Shown: positions 54,876 to 64,000 of the stretch, one piece after another
Numbering within the stretch: position 1 is the first letter of the stretch
How the letters are laid out: every line of letters begins with the position of its first letter
Assembly (NCBI RefSeq): GCF_006345805.1
Contig: NC_043011.1
Location: forward strand, 43,102,464 to 43,166,463
Source: Octopus sinensis
Taxonomy: Eukaryota
Direction of reading: 5' to 3'
Length of the DNA: 64,000 bases
The notes under the pieces: generated by a model
Told to the model about the DNA's origin: nothing
Database searches by the model: none
Seen by the model: only the letters and a program-made list of their open reading frames with translations
Position numbers and translations under genes: made by a program

Positions 54876-55158
54876 CGTTGTTGTGTGGTAAGAAGCTTGC
54901 TTCCCAACCACATGGTTCCGGGTTCAGTCCCTCTGCGTGGCACCTTGAGCAAGTGTCTTCTATTATAGCCTTGGGAGTGAATTTGGCAGATGGAAACTGA
55001 AAGAAGTATGTCGTATATATACGTATATATGTTTGTATATCTTTGTGTCTGTCTTTGTTTCCCCAACATGACTTTAACAACCGATGTTGGTGTGTTTGCG
55101 TCCCCGTAACCTAGCGATTTGGCAAGAGAAACCGAGAGAATCAATACCAGGCTTACAA
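54873..55158 (+). mobile_element. SINE family A, 3'-truncated
   Basis: Head ggcg..tgtgtggtaagaagcttgcttcccaaccacatggttccgggttcagtcc; ends at aggcttacaa. Confidence 0.88.
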
Positions 55159-55476
55159 TTCGTCGTAAAGTAAATATCACCGTGACCGATGTCCAAACTA
55201 AAGTGGACTGGATTTAGTTAAAAAGAGACGACGAGCGATGGCTAGAATAATATTGAGCTAGTTGATCTAGCAAGCGGGGCCTCATAACAGGAGGTAGGGC
55301 GTGTGCACTGATGACGCCGAGACGTAGGCCCGAAACGGCGCGCGTTCCTTCCTGATGACTCCATGCACTTGCTAGCTTCCAGTATGCGGAGTTCTCGACT
55401 GATAGCACTTGCATGTGCAAGTTGCTTGCAAAGCACACACGCACATACACACACACATATGCACACACACACACAC

Positions 55477-55565
<89 letters not shown>

Positions 55566-55569
<4 letters not shown>

Positions 55570-55840
55570 TATTTCGGAATGGTCATATTGCCAGTTTAGC
55601 CAACAAAAACACACGCACTATATATCTCCTTACTAACCGTTAGTAAGGAGAGACACAAATAAGAAATAAGAAAACAAAGGACCACTGATGCGCTCACAGG
55701 AGTGTGACGAAAGAACTCTGGCCGAAATAAGATTAAGGTTAATGTAAAAAATAAATAACGCTGAAACAAAATAACACCAAATATATAGTGCGTGTGTTTT
55801 TATTGGCTAAACTGGCAATATGACCATTCCGAAATATAAC
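55566..55840 (+). mobile_element. PLE pseudo-LTR with inverted duplication of its 3' end and variant hammerhead (55680-55723)
   Basis: 59-bp inverted repeat 55566-55624 / 55782-55840 (1 mismatch); 13-bp fold-back at 55625-55651; body homologous to 34960-35160. Confidence 0.78.
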
Positions 55841-55898
55841 AATATTTGTTTCAACACACGACTTCACATAAAAAATCTTGCACAACAAATATTTAAAC

Positions 55899-55946
<48 letters not shown>

Positions 55947-55949
55947 ATA

Positions 55950-56119
<170 letters not shown>

Positions 56120-56602
56120 AAATACCTTTACGCATATAAATACATACCTATGCAATGTGTATGCGTGTATATGCATGTATTTGAATAGCGTGTTTACGTG
56201 TGTTTTGCGCAGTGTGTTCATGTGTGCTTGCGCGTATGATTTGCTTGTTTATCTTAATGTCTGTGTGGATATATTTGTATGGGGGAGAGAGAGAGAGGGA
56301 GAGAGCGAGAAGCACCCAGACACGGATGGCAGTGAGGAAGAGAAAGAAGGTGACTGAGCGATTAAAGGAGAGAGAGCGAGAGAGAGGGAGGAAGAGTGAG
56401 AGAGAGTGGAAATGGGAATGAGAGAGAAAGCAAGCTATAATCTTAGTGTTTTTCATGATCACAAATAAAGAAAACGGAAAAGAAATACAAATTTCTGCTG
56501 ATTCAGTAACTGTGGTGAAATGTATAACCTTACTTTAAGCACACACACACACACACACACACATACACACACACACACACACTCCATTGTGAACGGCAGC
56601 AG

Positions 56603-56635
56603 TATTATTATCATCTTTATTATTATTATTATTAT

Positions 56636-56699
<64 letters not shown>

Positions 56700-56920
56700 C
56701 GTAGTAGTCGTAGTAGTAGCAGCTGTAGTAGTAGTAGTAGTAGTAGTAGTAGTTGCAGTAGTAGTAGCAGTAGTAGTAATGATGATGATGGTGGTGGTGG
56801 TGGTGGTGGGAGTGTTGGTGATGGTGGTGGTGGTGGTGGTGATGGTGATAGTGGTGTTGGTGGTAGTGGTTATTTTGGCAGTGGTGGTGGTGGTGGTGGT
56901 GGTGGTCGTCGTCGTCGTCA
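56603..56920. repeat. Compound trinucleotide array (ATT, AGT, GAT, GGT, CGT)
   Basis: Seen directly in the sequence. Confidence 0.95.
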
Positions 56921-57059
56921 TCTAAATGTAGCAGAATATAAATCATTTAAATCAATATGCTTTCACAGAAAAAAAAATATATATATTGTCTTACTTCATT
57001 TCACCAACCTCTGTTAAGGCATTTTTACAAATGGTGGATAAACCACGAAGCTGTACTCG

Positions 57060-57170
57060 CTGGCTGGCTGGCGGCTCGGCTGGTCGGCTGATCGGCTGGT
57101 CGACTGTCGGCTGGTCGACTGTCGGCTGGTCGGATGGCTGATTGGCTGGTTGTCCATTTGGTTGGACGGC
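57060..57170. repeat. GC-rich (GGCT/GGTC)-based minisatellite
   Basis: Repeated tcggctggtcga units. Confidence 0.8.
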
Positions 57171-57445
57171 AAGCTCGCTATATTCGTTATATATCATCAC
57201 AGACTGGCTTGCATTGTCTCTGTTAGCTCCACTCTACATGATTATAGCTTAAAAGTACATTTAATATGGATTTATGTTTGAATGAAATCTTAACACGAAT
57301 ATAGAGTGAGTAATAAATATCATAACGTAAGCTGATCTATCGCTAAGGTTGATGACCAGAAACTGAATAGTAAATAGTGATGGATATGGCTACAGATATG
57401 GGTACGTTATTAATTCATCGTTGCTGTTGCATTTTGTTATTATCA

Positions 57446-57480
<35 letters not shown>

Positions 57481-57636
57481 TCGTCTGCCGCTACGTTCTG
57501 GGTTCAAATTCCACCGAGGTCGAATTAATTCCAGGTCGATTAATAATTACCAGTTACGCAATTGGGTCGATGTAATGGACTTATCTCCCTACACCAAAAT
57601 TGCCCCTGTGGCAAAAATTTGAAATCATCATCATCA

Positions 57637-57713
<77 letters not shown>

Positions 57714-57725
57714 ATTATTATTATT

Positions 57726-58270
57726 GAGTGAGGGAGCAGTGCATGCCATCAAAGTGACACTGGGGTAAAATGTACGAAGCCCAATATACCCATCATGACT
57801 ACCCGTCTGATAAGGGTACACCAGGCACATGCATCACAACCATATGTGCGCGACATGGTGATCTCATATCAAGATAAACAGCACATGACCTTGCAGGTGG
57901 GGCCCAGTTAGAATTTTCTTCAGGTTGAGTAGCCCATCCCGCTCAAAAGGTCCCTGAATAAGGGTTGTTTAAGGATGTTGAAAGAACCACCCATGTTTCC
58001 AGAGGTGAATTATTCAAACCCCAAAGAATCCCTCTCAACACATGGCTATGATGCTCCCCCACTACTTCTGCTCGTGATCAGAGATGCACATATCGTCAGC
58101 CACTAAGGGACATGCTCAACTGGTTAAGGTCAAACAACTGACAAGCAATCTGCGGTATTGAGCAGAATATTTGCTGTAGCCCATCTTTTATACCAAGACA
58201 AAACAATGTACATGATAACACTTCCAATCAGTTAAGATCAGAAGCCATGAGAGCCACTGCCTTGGTACTG

Positions 58271-58272
<2 letters not shown>
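57726..58272 (-). mobile_element. 547-bp non-coding interspersed element flanked by (AAT)n on both sides
   Basis: Three copies in the window; no ORF, TIR or tRNA head recognised. Confidence 0.75.
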
Positions 58273-58346
<74 letters not shown>

Positions 58347-58348
58347 TA

Positions 58349-58706
58349 GGCGGCGAGCTGGTAGAGATATTAATGAGACGGACAAAATGCTAAGCGGTAT
58401 TTCGTCTGCCGCTACGTTCTGAGTTCAAATTCCGCCGAGTTCGACTTTGCCTTTCAACCTTTCGGGGTCGATTAAATAAGTACCAGATACGCACTGAGGG
58501 CGATCTAATCGACTTAATCCGTTGGTCTGTCCTTCTTTGTCCTTTCTGTGTTTAGCCCCTTGTGGGTAGTAAAGAAATAGGTATTTCGTCGTACGTCTTC
58601 GCGTTCTGAGTTTAAAATTCTGCGGTGGTCAACTTTGCTTTTCATTGACTCCAGTGATTCACTGGTACTTAATTTATCGACCCCGAAAGGATGAAAGACA
58701 ACGTCG
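58349..58706 (+). mobile_element. SINE family B, head plus young unit plus older unit, followed by an inverted fragment (58646-58706)
   Basis: Junction ggtagtaaagaaata|ggtatttcgtc at about 58580. Confidence 0.88.
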
Positions 58707-58707
58707 G

Positions 58708-58748
<41 letters not shown>

Positions 58749-58769
58749 TAATAATAATAATAATATATA

Positions 58770-58978
58770 ATAAAAAAATTTTCAGACAAATACATAACAA
58801 AAACACCAGGACTTACAAACACATATAACATACAGAAAATTGCCCTATTAGGCACTGCACACATCCTACGCAGAACACTTTCAATACAGTAACCATAAGA
58901 GCATCACAACAAATCACAGCACATACCTAAGGCACACAGAGCTGCGCTCGGTAGTGAAGTGAAAGCATGCTATAAAGA

Positions 58979-58985
<7 letters not shown>
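58770..58985 (+). mobile_element. R4/Dong-type LINE 3' end in (AAT)n
   Basis: IKKFSDKYITKTPGLTNTYNIQKIALLGTAHILRRTLSIQ* (stop at 58890-92), 3' UTR, and an (AAT)n tail. Confidence 0.88.
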
Positions 58986-59038
<53 letters not shown>

Positions 59039-61400
59039 CAACAACAACAACAATCGGAGGACTGGTAGGGCCATAAGTGTATCGTGTAAAATGCACTGGA
59101 ATACGTCTTCCACTTATATACTTTCTCCTTTCAAATACTACTGAGATTGACTATACTTTTCATCCTTTCTGAGTAGGTAAAATATAGCATCAAGGAAATG
59201 CTCGGATCGATGTAATCGACATTTTTCATCCTTAAATGATTGAATCAAGTAAAAGAAGAAACAGAGGGGCAAATAAATGGCGTTCATTCTCTTAGCGACT
59301 GCAAATACCGTAGACTTAATGTTGGTACTAAACTAATTTTTAAAGATAAGATGATAGGAGCGTCGAAGTCCCGTGTTAACCATTCAGAAATCCACACACA
59401 CAAAAAACAAAAAAACAAAAACAAAACTGCTAACACCATTTAAACATTTATTGTTTGCAATATAGTGTCAAACGTTTTCGTCGCACGAGACTACGAGCTA
59501 GTCACTGACAAAGGTACATTACCTGACAAGCACACCTCCGTAATTTTTACAATAAAGACGTTAACCTAAGTTTTAAAATAGAAGTACATACTGGGTAGAG
59601 AAAACATCGATTTTAAACGTGAGTTCTTGCCAGTTGCAAATTTATCTTACATTTGCTGAGGGCTACATAAAATTTCAGTTGAATACAAATCTTTTGGATC
59701 ATTAGAATCAGTATAGGGATTTGCATTTCTTATCTCTTTAGCTATTTCTATTAGAATTATGGTTACTGCACTTTGAGCGAATCGCTCGGCAATAATACAT
59801 GTGTTTATATCTGCTTATATAATATGAGTTTGTGTTCCTGCCTGTGTAGATGCAGCTGTCTATATGTCTGTGCCTTGTCGCTGTGCAATTCTGGATAAAT
59901 CAAGATGTCTCAAGTGATACATCTGTAAACGCTAAAGTATATTTATGTGCAATTATATGATATCTCTGTATATATTTACATACGTTGATTTAAGCTCAAA
60001 CGATCGATATACCACGACACACAAAGCGGCTGTGCGTGTAAGTTTGTATGAACGTATGTAGAGAAACATTTGTATACATACACATTATACACATGTGTGT
60101 ATCATGTAGATGTATCGATTTGCCTTAATGTTTTCAGTGTGTATGCTTTTATTACTGACCAATACAATAATTTACGTTTATTATTACTACGTCGGTTAGT
60201 CAAGCAAACGGACTTCGATGTAATTCCCCATCGTTTTTCACAAGTAATTTCAAACAGCTTTTTGCATATTTCACACAAGAAATTAATTTGACAAGGGTTT
60301 GAGCATTTAATTGCAGCGATAAAGTAGAATAAGAAACCCATTTCTAGTAAGTTCTACCTAATCTACCATAACGTAAATGGTCTGAGCTTTGGTGTAGCAC
60401 CAGAGTGAGTAGAATTTAATTTTCTTAAACATTGAGCACTGTAAATGCTTGGTCATTAAAACATTATTTAATTTGATGTTCCATGTGGAGAGGGAATAAA
60501 TACAAATAGCAAAATGTTGAGATGTAATATGTTTCTCAGCGTGATGTATTCGCTGACTGCAGATCAATGCTGATACAGTAGGCGGATGCGTAAAAATATT
60601 CTTGTCTCGACTATCCAGTTTTTTAGTCGATATTATTTAATATCTCTTTCATTACTTAAGATGGTGAATGTAATTCGAGGTAAATTTGATGGTTTTTTCT
60701 AGCAGTTTGAGTGACCGCAAAGATTAAGCCTCATTGATTCGTTCCGCGTTTCATAGAATAAGTATCAGTCATATGTTATGGTTGATTCAATTGACTGAAC
60801 ACTATATATTTTTAGGTACGGTGTGCGTGTGATAAATCATTATTGTCATTATGCAAGAGACAAACTAATTTATAAAGAAAGGAGAGTTATCCAATTGAAC
60901 AAATGAAAGTGTCATTGTTAAGTAGTAGCGATTTCGACGTGCCCCATTTCATCAGTGGCAGAGGCCGGGCAGTTCAAACGCTCCTAGCAAACGATTGGCT
61001 CCTGCTTTTCTGCACCATATATAACTATATAAAAGGTTCCCTCAGGGTAAATAATGCAGTATTTAAAAATACATCCCTACAAAGTTGGATATAAAGATTG
61101 TCTTTCGGTATTAATACTACTTCTGTCGGTAATAATTACGTTTTGAGAAGCCTGTCGCTATTTGCAACATCAGTGCCTGAGAAGACAAGCTGGTATGCGA
61201 CTGCCGCACGCCTGACACTGAAGGGACAGGGCATGTGGAAATCACGTTATCTAGCAGTACTATTAACCATAGCAAACAACTCTTCGCTGCCACCGATATA
61301 AATGGGTGAGCTTTTCTGCATTATATATTTATATGTAAAGTCCTCTCAAGGTAAATACCGCAGTATTCGGCACTCTAACAATACATTCACGTTAAGTTGG

Positions 61401-61431
<31 letters not shown>

Positions 61432-61581
61432 CATGCGCACACAATTATCGAATAGACAAAGATATAATGCACATAGGAGATTGTAATACTGTATTTATGC
61501 AGTTCGAATGACTAAATAAACTGCAACACTGCAAAAATCGTGGATTTTTGAGGGACACTCAGAGACGGTCAGCACTCTTTA

Positions 61582-61980
61582 GGTGAAGGATGGCTGTGTG
61601 GTAAGTAGCTTGCTTACCAACCATGCGGTTCCAGGTTCAGTCTCACTGCGTAGCATCTTGGGCAAGTGTCTTCTACTATTGCCTCGGGCCGACCAAAGCC
61701 TTGTGAGTGGATTTCAGTAGACGGAAATTGAAAGAAGCCCGTCGTATATATGTATATGTATATATATGGTGTGTGTGTGTATGTGTGTCTATGTTTGTCA
61801 CCCCAATATCGCTTGACAACCGATGCCGGTGTGTTTACGTCCCTGTAACTTAGCGGTTCGGCAAAAGAGGCCGATAGAATAAGTACTAGACTTACAAAGA
61901 ATAAGTCCTGGGGTCGATTTGCTCGATTAAAGGCGGTGCTCCAGCATGGCCGCAGTCAAATGACTGAAACAAGTAATAAA
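61582..61980 (+). mobile_element. SINE family A, full length
   Basis: Collinear with 43480-44010. Confidence 0.93.
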
Positions 61981-62916
61981 CAAGGACCTAAAAGAAAACA
62001 CTTGCAATAGAATATTACAGAAGATATAACATATTTAAATGTTTTTATATTTAAATATCCAAACTAATAACTATTTTACACGATTTCGTTTCCTTCCTGA
62101 AAGATAAACGAAGAAAAACGAGAAGCATTTAATTTATGTTAAGTAGTGATGACGTGCTTAATATAATGAATACGTTAACACCAAATTTACTATTGCGTTG
62201 CATAAGGTCGTGGTGTAGGTATTAGCATAATGTATTTTTTTAATGCATGCCGTGTATTTTATATGCCTTCGCTGAGGTCAAAGTGAACGAGCTGAGAAAG
62301 GGAAAGACTAATTGTCAGTGTGTGTGCCTGCGTGTCTGCCTGTGTGTATGCTTGTGATTCTGTATGTGGTTGTGTGTATGTTTGTTTTTGTGTCTAAGTA
62401 TCTCCCTGTCAACGTAGTTTTATTTTATTAAGCATCGTATATACATACATATATGAATATATAAATATATAAATATACATACGTACATATGCATATGAGT
62501 GCTTCCATATTGGCGGTGCACGCAAAAAAATAATCGACAAATAAACTAAAAAAAGTTTCTTGCGTAGAATTAGGGACTAGAGCAAACAAAACAAAATAAA
62601 ACAAGCAAAACGACACGAGAGTATGATTCAGGACGGTGGACGAGTATGAACAGTCAAGCAAAATACGGCCTTGGGGCAAAGGAGATGAGAAGAGTGGGTA
62701 ACGCTTAGTAAATGTATTGAAGGATGGGCAACGATGCAAGACAATTGGGAAGCACTCAGTTTTATCGTTAAAGGTGTGAAATTGAATATTACCAATTGGT
62801 CTTTGACTGATAAAGAATTAGGGACATTCTCTTTGTATCCCGTTCGTTTTCACATTCGCTATACGATACGTTGTTTGTTTAAGCATTTTTGCATTTCTAT
62901 GTACATATATATACTC

Positions 62917-63340
62917 ATTACTCTTTTACTTGTTTCAGTAATTTGACTGCGGCCATACTGGAGCACCGCCTTTAGTCGAGCAAATCGACCCCAGGACTTA
63001 TTCTTTGTAAGCCTAGTACTTATTCTATCGGACTGTTTTGCTGAACTGCTAAGTTACGGGGTTGTAAACACGCCAGCATCGGTTGTCAAGCGATGTTGGG
63101 GGGAGGGGGGACAAACACAGATACACAAACACACACACACGCACACGCACACACACACATATATATACAAATATATACGACGAGCTTCTTTCAGTTTCCG
63201 CCTACCAAATCCACTCACAAGGCTTTGGTCAGCCCGAGGCTATAGTAGAATACACTTGCCCAAGGTGCCACGCAGTGGGACTGGACCCAGAACCGTGTGG
63301 TTCGCAAGCAAGCTATTTACCACACATCCACTCCTGCGCC
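62917..63340 (-). mobile_element. SINE family A, full length
   Basis: Reverse complement is collinear with 43480-44010. Confidence 0.93.
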
Positions 63341-63348
63341 TATCACAC

Positions 63349-63399
<51 letters not shown>

Positions 63400-63859
63400 A
63401 CACAGATATATATACATGTAACCTTACTTAAAAGCAAACCATAAATGTATTCATACAAATATGGCTTTTACAATTATTCCATATTGAAAACTTCAACATT
63501 ACATCATAAATATCTTGAAGAATCTACAGATAGTAATACGTTACGCATAACGTTACACCTTCATACCAATAATGCACAAACCGCATCACCAATGGTATGA
63601 TATTTCTATAAGGACCAAGGTCAGAGAACAATATATGCGATAATGTTCCAGTGAGTAGTATATGAAACCTTAATACTTTCTGCTAAGAAGCCAGAAGGGA
63701 AACTATTTTGAGTCTCGAAGACCTGAATTCTATGAAATGAATTGCTGAATTACAGAACTCTAAATGTTCATTAAATAAACTTTAGGACATATTTCTTAAA
63801 TATATGCTTAGTGAATTATTTGTAGACGTTTTTTTTCTTTGTAATTGTGCTCCATATAT

Positions 63860-63891
<32 letters not shown>

Positions 63892-63893
63892 AT

Positions 63894-63926
<33 letters not shown>

Positions 63927-64000
63927 GCATACATGTATAGGTATATATATATATATATCTGTGCGTATGTGTGTATATCTATATCTATGTACCTTTGTGT

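Noticed and set aside
56520-57017. Poly-Ser/Gly and poly-Thr ORFs
   Set aside because: Compound microsatellite.
60927-60958. Additional weak hammerhead-like strings (also near 12896, 16940, 18742, 55352)
   Set aside because: GAAA or the stems are missing; not distinguishable from chance.

Overview
Eukaryotic, AT-rich, microsatellite-saturated DNA, probably intergenic or deep intronic. The SINE repertoire and the (TA)n/(CA)n/(CATA)n/(AAT)n load suggest a coleoid cephalopod such as Octopus; this is inference. No host protein-coding gene is supported: nearly all ORFs in the track are translations of microsatellites. Recognisable content includes: many tRNA-derived SINEs of at least 4 families; a U6 snRNA pseudogene fused to a SINE; Helitrons (one complete non-autonomous copy, one RepHel remnant); an internally deleted mariner and a decayed DD37D/maT-like Tc1 element; 3' fragments of RTE, RTE-X, CR1 and R4/Dong-type LINEs; and two decayed Penelope-like element (PLE) ORFs. 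The most interesting signals are: (1) about ten minimal type-I hammerhead ribozyme motifs in PLE pseudo-LTR fragments, one with a perfect core and several with non-canonical cores; (2) a tRNA-headed element that carries a hammerhead; (3) a restriction-like-endonuclease LINE family inserted repeatedly, in one orientation, into (CATA)n; (4) a headless SINE module that appears to insert at one fixed site inside older SINE copies; (5) the U6-SINE chimera. All calls were made by eye and none is database-verified.
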